Below the pieces are notes generated by a model. That model had not been told where the DNA came from, did no database searches, and worked only from the letters and a program-made list of their open reading frames with translations. A stretch of 61,168 nt of DNA, the filler included, from Basidiobolus ranarum (Eukaryota), in NCBI GenBank assembly GCA_040143965.1. It is 16 parts of 16 records of this genome, joined end to end, with 100 filler letters (N's around TTAATTAATTAA, not from the genome) between each part and the next. Parts side by side here need not be neighbours in the genome. Positions count along the whole stretch, not along the records: positions 23,028 to 26,759 come from JASJQH010009187.1; positions 26,860 to 30,588 come from JASJQH010009188.1; positions 30,689 to 34,416 come from JASJQH010009189.1; positions 34,517 to 38,243 come from JASJQH010009190.1; 12 more parts are not named here. One strand, given 5' to 3'. Position numbers and translations under genes: made by a program. Below are positions 23,356 to 35,034 of this stretch, piece by piece; position 1 is the stretch's first letter, and each line of letters begins with the position of its first letter.

Positions 23356-26059
23356 AAAACTGACATAAACAAGAGGGTTTATATGGGAGATGACCGGCCA
23401 CTTGATGCTCTGGGAGTGGGAGGAATTGAAGTTGATCTTGGGGACATCTCTGGGGACATGTGTTTGACACTGAAAAATGTGCTATATGTGCCTGGGATAG
23501 CAAAAAACTTGTTATCATTGAGTAAAGCTACATCTGAGGGATATAGCTTTAATTTTGATCAAAATGGCTGTCAAATCAGGGATCAAAAAGGGAATTACAT
23601 AGCTTCTGGAGCCAAGGCAAAAAACATGTAGAAACTTCATTACTTTAGGCCAATATATGAATAAGTTAAAACTGCCACAGCTGAAGTGATAGACTGAAAA
23701 TCTGGCATAGGAGATTGGGTCATCTAGGAGCTGAAAATATGAGAAATTTAATCAAAAGCAAGATGGATTTGGGACTAAATTTTGTAATTCCACCGGATCA
23801 GGGGCTATTTGAAGGTTGCCTATATGGTAGGCAACACAAACAGCCATTTGTGGGCTCTGGAATGAGCAAAATTGATCATCAATTGGGCCTGATACACTCA
23901 GATCTGTTTGGCCCAAAGAAGGCAAAATCCTTAAGTGGAAAAAGGTATTTCATGACCTTTATTGATGATAAGACAAAGTATACTTGGGTGTACTTTCTGG
24001 CCAGTAAGGATGAAGCCTTTGATATCTTCAAGAAGTTCAAAGCAATGGTGGAGACTGAAACAGGTCTAAAGATTAAGATTATCCATACTGATAATAGAGG
24101 GGATTATACATCAAAACTCTTATCTAACTTCTGCTCAACACATGGGATAAAACAGCAGACTACAGTGCCATATTCTCCACAGCAAAATGGAGTAGCAGCA
24201 CATGCAAACAGATTAATAATGGAAATGGCAAGATCAATGCTGCATGATCAAGATTTACCAAAACAGTTCTGGGCTGAATTGGTTGCAACTGCAGTATATA
24301 TTAGGAATAGATGTCCTCCTCTATCTCTATTGGCTATGGAACCTTATCAAGCTTGGTTTGGAAGTAAACCTGAAACGGCTAATCTCAGAGATTTTGGAAG
24401 TACTACATGTGCAATGAATCCAGACCAGAAATGATCAAAATTAGACCTAAAAAGCCAGAAATGTCTTTTTTTGGGATATTGTGATGGGGCATAAGGGTAC
24501 AGGCTATATCACACTTAAAATAAGAAGCTAATCCAGTCAAGGGATGTGGAATTTGCTGAAGAAGAAAAATTTTCAATGAAAACAATCCAGGTTCAAGAAA
24601 AACTATCATAAATGGATGAAAATTCTTCTTTTTCTCACCAGATCCTGATCAGTGAGAAAAACATTGAAAATCTCTCACCTGCAGTGTCCTCAACCAAGCA
24701 TGAGGTGGCTTCATTTCCTAAATTGGTACCAGAAATTGCAGTACCAATTTCCCATCTTAGGAGATCCAATCAGATGAGATCTCTGCCTGATTACTACTCT
24801 CACACTAGCCAAAAGGATCTAGTGCTAATTTAGCCTTTTCTCATGAACCCAAATAAGTACAGGAGTCTATGGAGAGTCCTAACACAAAGTTATGGAGTAC
24901 TGCAATGGCAGAGGAGTATCAGTCACTCATAGATAGCCAAACTTGGACTTTGGTTAAGTTACCTGATGACCAAAAATCAATTGGATACAAAGGGGTGCTA
25001 AAAGTTAAGCAGCAAGCTGATGGATCTGTAGAGAGATATAAAGCCAGACTTATGGCTAAAGGATACTCTCAAATGGAAGGGGTGGCCTACAATTAAACTT
25101 TTGCTCCTGTAGCAAAGTTTAATTCCATCAGAACTGTACTAGCAGTAGCTGCAAAACACAGCTTAATAATCCATCAAATGGATGTTAAAAATGCTTTTTT
25201 GAATGGTGTCTAGGGAGAGGTTATATTCATGGATCAACCAGATGGTTTTGTGAGTTCTGAGCACCCTGAGGATGTGTGTAAGCTACAAAAATCACTGTAT
25301 GGACTTAAACAATCACTCAGGGCCTGGTACACTAAGATAGATACATACTTGGAATCACTTGATTTCCAAAAGAGTACAGCAGATTTTGGGATCTACTTTA
25401 AGACAGATAAGGACAGTAAGGTGATACTTGCCTTATATGTAGATGATCTGATTATAGCTACCAATAATGATGAAGCTCTCAGGAACACCAACAGAGATCT
25501 ATCAGTCTAATTCAAGATGACCAATTTAGGTGAACTTATGTATTTTTTAGGTTTGCAGAACCATACAGATATATTAAGTAAATCTACCACTCTGAATCCA
25601 TCTAAATACATCTCAGATATTTTCAGATGTTACAGGATGGAGAATTGTAAGCCAGTAGCAATTCCCATGGATCCAGGTGTGAAACTAGTCAAAAATCCCA
25701 TCCAAAATGATGCAAATTGGCCAAATATGGCTCAAAATATGTCATTTGAAAGCCCTGAGCTCCCTTATCAATCTATGGCAGGTAGTTTAATCTATGCTAT
25801 GACTGGAACACAACCAGGTATCTCTTTTGCAGTGGGAGTAGTCAGCCAACATGTGCAAAACCCAGGACCGGAGCTTTATGCAGCATTTAAGCAGATTTTC
25901 AGATACTCAAAGGGGACAGTTGATCTGGGATTAAGATACATATATTGTTATGAGAATAAGGATCCAATTGTGTTTAGTGAAGCAGATTGGGGATGTGATA
26001 TTGAGGACAGAAGATTTATCACTGGATATACCTTTCTCAATAGTGAAGCAGCCATATCT
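23356..26059 (+). mobile_element. Ty1/copia pol, degenerate: protease remnant, GAG-pre-integrase, integrase, RT, start of RNase H
   Basis: [100 protein letters not shown]. Integrase-before-RT order; many stops. Confidence 0.95.
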
Positions 26060-26759
26060 TTAACAATAAGGAACTGGACAAGGACTGGAAACAACAACAA
26101 GAAGCTAGAAGGCAGGAGAGTACTTGGGTGAAGACCACAAGACAAGACAAGACGGGACAAGGTATATACTTGTTGGCAAGAATCTTTATTCATAACTGGT
26201 GTTGATCAGACTGAGGTCTGATCAAGGAATACATGGGGCTTATATAGGTATTGCAAGGTGAAACATAGTATACTTAATAGGGAATATACTGTGGCAAGTT
26301 CAAGAGTTGGGGTGTTGGGGGCTACAAAGACCAATACAAAGAGGGATGATGTAACAATGATGCAAAGGTGATGTAAGGATGATCAGGTGACCTTCCATGG
26401 AAGGTCTTGGCTGAAACACACTATGTGTGGGATGACATGATTGGTTAGGCTTCATGGAATGTTCCAAAGAACATGACTTCCATATAAGGTAATCTGGACA
26501 AACTAACACAAGATTGCCAAGAAGAGATGGCACAGCAGATGTGCTGTCATAATCTAATAATGGAGGAGTTCTATTTGTAGTGGAACAGTATACTGAGATT
26601 AGAATCACAACAGTATCCCCTTCTTTTGTGATGGCTGCTAGACATTACAGGGCCAGGTTTTTCTGGGTAGGCTTCATGAAACTCCTGGCAAAGTTCCTTG
26701 GAATTGGAAAGATTTGTTGCTGGCTCCCATGATTGATCATTTGTTGAGTATCCTTTCCA
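26060..26759 (-). mobile_element. Ty3/gypsy chromovirus 3' end: chromodomain (26759-26650), PPT (26627-26617), 3' LTR (26612 to about 26060), inserted in the Copia RNase H
   Basis: Minus strand WKGYSTNDQSWEPATNLSNSKELCQEFHEAYPEKPGP; then AAAAGAAGGGG and TGTTGTGA; the LTR contains TATATAA and AATAAA. Confidence 0.85.
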
Positions 26760-26859
26760 NNNNNNNNNNNNNNNNNNNNNNNNNNNNNNNNNNNNNNNNN
26801 NNNTTAATTAATTAANNNNNNNNNNNNNNNNNNNNNNNNNNNNNNNNNNNNNNNNNNNN

Positions 26860-28340
26860 AAACTCAATCAATCATCAAATATTCCAAGAATCTTATGGAA
26901 TGTTCCGGAAGATTGTAGAATTTTCCAGAAAATAATAGGGCTAATGTGGGTTAATACTGATAAATCTGAAATAATAGGGGATAATACTAATTGTGCAATA
27001 TAATTGGCTAGAAAATATGGGTTAGTCAAATATAGATATTAACATAGAAGCTGTGCAATAGGAATGATATGAGCTTGGAGTGGATATAAGTCAATCTGCC
27101 AGTAGGTAGCAATGCTGCCCCACTACAAGTTAATACAATGGACTTGTTCTCTGTGATAGTGCCAGATTGTGCTATATAAATCATATTATATAAACTATTC
27201 TAAAATTTATGTGGCACAATTTGGCACTATCCATCACCCTCTGGCATGATCAAGTTCAATCACGTTCACTCTGATCTATTGATCCAAGGTTTGATAAATC
27301 TTGGCACAATGGAACAAGTCCAATGGTGGGCTTTGATGGAGATATTGATAAAAACCTGTGTTGGGCATGAGCTAAACCTTGGTTATGAAGGAGTCTTTAA
27401 AAATATTCAGGAGAATATATCAAAGAGACTAGGGACTTGTGACAAATTAGCATTCAAGTAGTAATTGTGTAAATTTGAGCTATCTTTTTTGCACATGTGT
27501 GGATCCATAGATCTCTGAGATTGCAGCCAATCATGTGCAACTATCTTGCAAGATCTTGAAATTTCACTCCTGAAACTGAAAAAATTGATTAAAATCAAAT
27601 CTAACTTAACAATTTTATGATGGTAAGTAAATGGACAATCCCAAATGGATAAAAATTGTGAAAGTTTTCCTGCAATAACAATCCTCAAATTTCTGTTAGG
27701 GCCTTACAACTATGCCATAGGAGGACACATTAGCTAGAATAATAATGATGTGGAATGTCAAATTGCCTTTTAGTACAAGAAGATGATTAGTGCTGAGCAG
27801 AGCTATTGAGTTCATTAAAAGGAGATGCTTGCCATTATCTATTGGTGCAAATTGATGAGATGATATTTAGAACAAGGTAAGACTAGTGAGCCAATAGATC
27901 ATGCCCTTATGAAATATGTTGGCACCCTAATGGTGCTATCAAGAAGAATAACACAATGGTGTGACTACCTGCAACAGTTGGACCTGTTTTTTGTCTATTG
28001 CCCTGGAGAAGTCAATATAGTAGCAACTGGTTTCATTCAAGTTTACAAGACCAAGGAAATCAATGACAATTCACAGTCAGATTGGCCTATGCTCTTACCA
28101 TAGGTTTTGGAGCACCAAACACTTGCAGAGCCAGTACAGGAGGAAGTACAAAGTAACTCTGCTAAGAAAGAGAGATGATTGTTGCACAGAATGAAGCTCT
28201 TTACCATATTGTTGATGACCTACCAATATCTTAACATCAAAATCCCAAACATTTGGACTTGTTCACATGCTACATGATGGCTGTGAACAACTATAAATTG
28301 AAGCCAGTGTATCAAAAATTAAGACTTGCTTTGACAACAC
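26860..28340 (+). mobile_element. Heavily decayed Ty3/gypsy remnant: LTR-like start, RNase H, integrase traces
   Basis: NYAIGG, IAF..KKMISAEQSY, KEMLAII, LSRRITQWCDYLQQLD, YCPGEVNIVA RNase H motifs at about 27705-28030. Confidence 0.65.
27500..27701 (-). mobile_element. CACTA terminal segment (end type 2) ending ...CCTCAAATTTCTGTTAGGG
   Basis: Reverse complement of the repeats at 57154-57355 and 60967-61168. Confidence 0.75.
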
Positions 28341-29849
28341 TGTTGGTTCACCACTAATTGCTGAAAGAACCTTTGGGCTGCCAAATAGTACCAGCAAGTA
28401 GAAGCTTGAACCTCTTGAGACAGTACCTTTCAAAGTTGTTGGTGAATACCCATTCTGGATAAATCATGTAATGGATCAGCAAGGAATCAAGGAAAACACT
28501 TAGCCAATTGGACAGACTCGAAGCTGCCAAACTAGGAGATTTTAGTCCCCCAATTACATTGTAAATTAATATATGAGCAAAGTTCAACAGAAGCATACTC
28601 AAGAACATCAACTTCCAAAATAGCAACTTTGCCAGCTATTGAACAACCCTTGATAGAAAATTTGAATAGATTTATTAAAACAAGAGTATTGAAGGCAGAA
28701 CACCATAACAATTTGTATGCAATCATATGTAAGAACTACAAAGGGGCTATGCTGGCCATCATAAGCCATAATGCCACAATATTGCAATAAATGCAGTATT
28801 CTGAAGCAGCAAGTAAACAGATATAGAGTCACTCAACAATGATACAAGAACTGCAGAATGCTGTGCTTGAGCTATAGCAACATGCTGCTCCCTCTGTCCA
28901 CACTTGTATGCAATTTCAATCAATCCCACACCACACATTTGAATTTCCCATGACAATCCAGCAGAGTTGAATATGTGTTGGACCATTAAGACCACACAAT
29001 AACCCAAAATTGCTTAGGCACAGGAAAGTAGCAATCTCATGGGAAAACTGGCAAACCAAAAGACTCTAAATGTTAGAACTGCCATCACTTGCTCTGATGA
29101 TGAGTGCTTTAACATTATGGAAACTGTGCAAAATCTTGCTTAAAATTACCTCAATTTGAGCAAATTGTCAAAAAAGCAGAAACCAGGCATTACTCAGAAG
29201 GTTCTGAACCTATTTCATGAGGCTTATTCTGGGTTTCTTCAAGCAAATGGCAGTTGGGCTAGTATAGGCTTATTCATGAAACAACTCAAAAATGTACGCA
29301 ATTAGTGACTTGGAAAACAAAGAAAAGCAATTAAAGAAGTCCTCTTGGAGCAGGAAGTTTGTATACACAAGTGAAAAGCAAAGCAGTCAATGAATTTAGG
29401 CTCTACTGTTCTACTTACCAAATTCTTCACATCATTACAAAGATCTGAATTTCTAGGCTCCAATATATTGGCAAAAAAGCTTAATATCACCATGCAGCCA
29501 GGTACACCAGATGGAAGAGTGCCAAATTTGGAAGTGTATCCAACACTTAGCATCTCTCAGCAAGCCAAAACACCAGCAAACAAAACTCATGGCTCTCTGA
29601 CCTCAATTAGTACTTTTGAAAGTGTTGAATTAGCCCCAAACTTAAAGGCAAGCAAAATGCCACACAAACACCACCAACACCCTCATTACTGTCACACTAT
29701 AAGGACATATAAAAATAAAAAAAGTGCTTGAGGAGCAATTTGAAAAGTATGAAGGGAATATGCAGTGGAAGTATGCAGAAAGTGGCTGCAGAAGAAGTAC
29801 ATTCAAATTAACATTTAGTTTGATATTGACCTTGCAGATACCTGGGATG

Positions 29850-30131
29850 TGTTGAAAGTCTGGTGACTTGTTGTACAAGCCATAACTCCCAAGGAGGAAA
29901 ATATTGAGTATGGTGACTACATCTGAACACAAAGTCTAAGGCCAATCAGTTACTTGTAAAGCTGAAATGCCAAAGTACCATACATTGACAGACTAGGTTA
30001 AGGTTCCCTAGCAATACAGGCATAGCATATAAGGACTGGTAGCTCAGTGATTAGAGCACCTTGCTAGAGTGAAGGAGGTTGCAGGTTTAAATCCTGGCCA
30101 GACCAATATTTCTCCCTGAATAATTTCAACA
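29850..30131 (+). mobile_element. Copia LTR family C, 5' LTR (282 bp)
   Basis: Perfect 8-bp inverted termini TGTTGAAA/TTTCAACA, followed directly by the PBS GGTTATGAGCCC (30132-30143) and gag; contains GGCCAATCAG and CATATAA. Confidence 0.8.
30033..30105 (+). tRNA. tRNA-like sequence (73 nt, probably a pseudo-tRNA) embedded in LTR-C
   Basis: GGACTGG TA GCTC AGTGATTA GAGC A CCTTG CTAGAGT GAAGG AGGTT GCAGG TTTAAAT CCTGG CCAGACC A. Canonical cloverleaf spacing with one mismatch each in the acceptor, anticodon and T stems; A-box and a decayed B-box present. Nominal anticodon AGA but no long variable arm. Confidence 0.8.
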
Positions 30132-30163
30132 GGTTATGAGCCCCATGTTTTAACCTTTACAGC

Positions 30164-30588
30164 ATGACAGAAACCACTACTACCACCTTTATTAACTCAA
30201 GTGTTGAAAAGCTTGATGGAGAAAATTACAATTTCTGGAAGTTCAAGATGCAAGTCATGCTGGAAGACAGGGAGCTTTGGGATGTAGTCTCTGGAGATAA
30301 AAAGGAACCTTCTGACCCTTCTTTATTGGAAGCTTACAAGAAAAGAGACAAGATGGCCTTTAATGTCATTTGTCAAAGTTTGAAGGATTCACAACTTGTG
30401 AATATTCAACATGCAAAGACTTCCCATCAAGCTGGGACTATATTGGAAGAGTATTATGAAGCAAAGAGTCTTGCTGATAGACTCTTTCTCAGACAAAATT
30501 TCTTCAATATAAAGATGGAACACTCTGAAAGCATGGTTACTCATATTGCAAATGTGAGATCTTTGGCAAAACAACTGGAAAATATTGG
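30164..30588 (+). CDS. Copia gag (Retrotran_gag_2/UBN2-like), open to the contig end
   Basis: VEKLDGENYNFWKFKMQVMLEDRELWDVVSG...RDKMAFNVICQSLKDSQL...LFLRQNFFNIKM. Confidence 0.9.
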
Positions 30589-30688
30589 NNNNNNNNNNNN
30601 NNNNNNNNNNNNNNNNNNNNNNNNNNNNNNNNTTAATTAATTAANNNNNNNNNNNNNNNNNNNNNNNNNNNNNNNNNNNNNNNNNNNN

Positions 30689-31992
30689 TCTCAAAGAAAC
30701 CTTGACTTTTCAGATTCTGGTAGTGATATCCATCAATTATATTGATAATACCATCAGCTTTATGGTGAGTACTTTGGTATTGGATCAATGATCTATATTC
30801 AGAAGATTTCATCAAAACTTTAAGACAGGGAATCAACCATATGTAAGCTAAATATGAACAATATTTACCTGATTGAGGGATTGCAAATTGTGTGCAAACA
30901 GTACATGACTTCAGGTTTTTCAGATCACTGGTGAAAGCCAAACAACTATTTGGACATGAGGTAGCTTAATTACTGAAGGATTATAAGCATACAATTGACA
31001 AGTGTTTTCCACTTGCACCAGGTCTGTGGCAAGCAACAGTTGCCAATCAACTGTGGTAAAAGTATAAGAAAACCAATAAAGACCTGGTCGCTAAGCTTGG
31101 ATTGAACTCTCCACTCCTCAATAATCAAAGCCGGTTCCTTTAGAGTAACTGTTATGAGTGGACTAACATTTGGTAATAACAAATAGTTAGTCTCAAAACC
31201 ATTGTCTTCTTCTTCAACTTCTGATATACTACCATTGGTACTGGAATAACCAAGGTCAACATCCAGCAGCAGGTCCTCAAAGTTGTCTGGACTTACAGGT
31301 TTGACCAAAGCTGCATTTTGACCTACATCATTCAGGTCATATAGCTATGGTAACTTCACAGTATCTTGACTTTCAGCAGTGTTACCAAAAACTTGAGGCC
31401 AACTACAGTCAGTGGAGTCAATGGGTAAAACTAAAGTCCATTTTGTGCACTTATTACTGTTGTTATACACCAGGCTTTGTGCATCTGGTGGCTTTGTACA
31501 GTGGCCATGCCGGTGATTATTTTTTCTATGAAGCCTTGGGCTTTAATAGCACAAGAATTTGTGACAGTAATAGCATGCATTGTTTCAACATTTGTGTTGT
31601 GACATGAGAAGGATATTGTAGATAAAAGAACACCTCTCATGTAAGGGTGGTATTTTAGTATAGCCCATTAATATCATCAGCTGATCCTGAGATGGTGTCA
31701 CAGATGAGTCATCTGGGGTTTTACAAGATATTTCCAGTAATGGATGGCAATTTTGGTTAATCATTAGCTGTTTCTGAGCAATTTTGTTACACCAAGTTCA
31801 CCATCTGAAAATTTCAATGCCATTCAAAAATGTTGTAAATCTAAATCAAAATTGGCTTCAAAGCCAAAGCCTGCTGGCAAGAAAGGAAAAAAACCACCAA
31901 GAACAGAGGACTTGATTGATGAGCAGTCTAGCAATCCACTATCTACTTTGGATGGCATTAACATGCCAGAAACTAACTCAAGTAATGATGAA
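30689..31992 (-). mobile_element. CACTA/EnSpm remnant: transposase 5' part and upstream region
   Basis: Homologous to 33590-34160: NVSPLITVTLKEPALIIEEWRVQSKLS, KSCTVCTQF, DGYHYQNLKSQGFFE. Confidence 0.8.
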
Positions 31993-34161
31993 CCCTGAGA
32001 AAAATAAAATTGATTTGCTCCAGATTGGATCCACACTCCAAAATAGCAAAACCATCAGAGAACCATAACACTATTGGTGCTTGCATTCTGCCAGGGATTT
32101 TGATGGTGTAACAATGGTTTCTTGATGGTACTTTGATGGTGTTCATTCATGTTAAAATATTGATCTTTGAATTTGGCTTGTGTTATTCACTATCCATCAA
32201 TTTTTGCAAAAAAATAATTTTCTAATGGCAAATTAGTGGGCTTACTGCAGTAGGAATTTGAGTTAATATGCATGCCTTTATTTAGATACTTTAGGCTTTG
32301 TATTTCAGCCATAATTATGATGAAAAAGATATATGAATCTTGTTGTGTTTAGTCTCTACATATGCACATACCTGATTGATTGGACATAACTCAACAGCAT
32401 CAATATGCTTTACCAGCAAACTAATGGTGAGCCATTGTTAATCAAATTAGCATATAGTAATACTGACAATTTGACAGAGAGCATCATTTCACCATAAGTG
32501 CACTCCATTAAGAACTCCCAGAATGTGTAGCAAGGCCCTATAATCTCTAAGCATTATGAGAGATGCAGCAGGGAAATGTATTGAATACTGGCATAAATTC
32601 AGTCTATCTTCTTTAAACCAGTAATAAAGTTTTTTGTATCCAATTACAATATCTTTGCACAGACTCTGTATCTGCCTGAGATCTGCCAATGTGAGTTGAT
32701 GCCATAAGAATATGTTAACAATATCCACAAATAACGCCTAATGTTGCCAATACTTATGAGGCAAAATTCTTTTCAAAATTCCACTTGAATATATACAAAT
32801 CCAATACTTCCAGTCTTTGCATTTGGATAAATGTCTAGATGAGTGTATATAGATGGGAGTCCTGGTAAGATATGAGGGTAGCTTGATTTTTTTCAAGAAT
32901 TTTCCCAATTGATTCAAACTTTGATTGTATCTTGAATTGTCATTCATATTGAATTTTCCACTATATAGCTGAGTAAGTAGTATCAGAATGTTGTTGAATA
33001 GTAAATGCATAGTGCCTAATGAGAAGCTCTGGCTCCCGCTGACCCCCTTAGCAATATAATCTTAGGCTTATGGCTAATACCAAGTTTAATTTTAGACTGA
33101 CTGTTTGGTGAATGGATATCAGTGAGCATATTGAAATCTGACCCAGCTCTTGACAGTAAAAGCATGAAGTTTGGTGTTGTATTTGGATAGTAGTAATGCT
33201 TATTCCTGTTAGAGTAAACTCCAATGATTTGACAAAATCTGCAGCAAGATAATGCATTGTGCCTGCAAAAACCTTGTAGTTTACTGATGGCAGGAGTGTC
33301 AACCATACATCCAACAATATTAGCTTTAATAAAATATTTACCCATCTGAACCCCATTAGATAACCATTCAAATTCCACAATCACAGGCTCCAAGAAGCTA
33401 TCTATAAGCACTGGTGATTTAAGTCCAGATATGATGGATAGTATCAAATTATCATGACTCTTATACCACTCATAAGGAGGAAGATTTAAATTGATTATAG
33501 TTATTGGCCAGCAAGCCTTTCTCATAGGATATTTGTTTAGTGAGAAACCATCCAGAGCCAATGCAAATATATGATCGTATGTGTTCTCAAAGTAACCTTG
33601 ACATTTCAGATTCTGTTAGTGATATCCATCAAGTATATTGGTAATACCATCAGCTTTATGGTAAGTACTTTGGTATTGGAGCAATGATCTATATATAGGC
33701 AATTTCATCAAAACTTCACAACAGGGAATCAACCATATGTAAGCCAAATATGCATAATATTTACCTGATTCAATGATTGCCAATTGTGTGCAAACAGTAC
33801 ATGACTTCAGGTTTTTCAGATCACTGGTGAAAGCTAAACAGCCATTTGAACATAAAGGTAGTTTAATTACTGAAGTACTATAAGTCATACCGTTGGCAAG
33901 TGTTTTCCACTTGTACCAGGTCTGTGGCAAGCAACAGTTGCCAATCAACTGTGGTAAAAGTGTAAGAAAACTAATAAACACCTGGTTGCTAAGATCAGAT
34001 TGGACTCTCCACTCCTCAAAAATCAAAGCTGGTTCCTTTAGAGTAAGTGTTATGAGTGGACTAATGTTTGCCAATCACAAAGGGTTTGTAACAAAACCAT
34101 TGTCATTGTCTTCAACTTCTGATATACTACCATCAGGTCTGGAATAACCAAGGTCAACATC
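31993..34161 (-). mobile_element. CACTA/EnSpm DNA transposon: Tnp2/Transposase_21-family transposase (degenerate) and terminus type 1 at 31993
   Basis: LALDGF, CWPITIINLNLPP, IISGLKSP..IDSFLEPVIVE, GCMVDTPAISKLQGF..HNALSCCRFC, MHLLFNNI, LPSYLTRTP, KDWKYW. Begins CCCTGAGAAAAATAAAATTGATTTG, like 36947. Confidence 0.88.
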
Positions 34162-34416
34162 TGTTAAAGTATTTGGGAGCTTGTTGGAAGTGGTTTGGAG
34201 AATTAGAGGAATTGGTGGTTTTCACTTATTGATTTATTGAGTTGAAAGTTGACATTTATAGTTTTGTCAAGATGTAAAGAAACTAACGTGTAGAATATGT
34301 TAAGAAAGGTCCCAGGAACATGTGTGCAAAGTTTGGGGCTTCTAGCACAAGTTTGAAAAAATCTATATATCTGAGAACTTCTAAGTTGGTAAAAATATTC
34401 TAAGTAAATTCCGATT
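34162..34416 (-). mobile_element. Copia LTR family A, reverse, partial
   Basis: TGTTAAAGTATTTGGGAGC... is the reverse complement of the LTR-A 3' end. Confidence 0.88.
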
Positions 34417-35034
34417 NNNNNNNNNNNNNNNNNNNNNNNNNNNNNNNNNNNNNNNNNNNNTTAATTAATTAANNNNNNNNNNNNNNNNNNNNNNNNNNNN
34501 NNNNNNNNNNNNNNNNTGAAGTTACAGTTGATTGCCATGATATAGTCAATGGAACCATTGTTGAAGATTTGCATTGCAACGCTGGCCAGTTTCCCATGAA
34601 TCCTGCCGCACATGTCAAATACTGGGATATCCATTTTGGTCCAGGGTGTGATTCTGAGCTTTATTTCCTTTAGAAGAGTCTACCGATTAGTCTTTTTCCT
34701 TATTTTCGGTAGGAAATTAGTATCGAACTAATTTACCCTATTTGGCAGCACTATACTTGAATAAATCCTTTATTAATAACTCACCCAGTTGGCTTTTATA
34801 ACCGAGTAGAGATCAGGGTTGGGATCCACTTGAGGACTTCGAATATTTCCATGAACAAAATATATATTTGAAAAATTTCAATAGTATGAAACCCATATAG
34901 ATGAAACCTCTGTTATTATGTTATTCGAAATAAAATATGTATTTTAAAACCTTTATTCTTCTATTTTGAATTGAAAAATATATTTATTTAGTTATTGGTC
35001 ATATTAACTTTGAAATCTCCATAATTACGACGAG

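Noticed and set aside
28400-29849. Degenerate plus-strand coding-like sequence, possibly the second ORF of a DNA transposon; similar unassigned CpG-poor DNA at about 55000-57150
   Set aside because: Probably TE-derived given the CpG depletion, but no diagnostic motif allows a family call.
30033-30105. Functional tRNA-Ser(AGA) or amber suppressor (CTA is present in the loop)
   Set aside because: By canonical numbering CTA occupies positions 32-34, not the anticodon. There is no Ser-type variable arm, three stems have mismatches and the T-loop has lost TTC.
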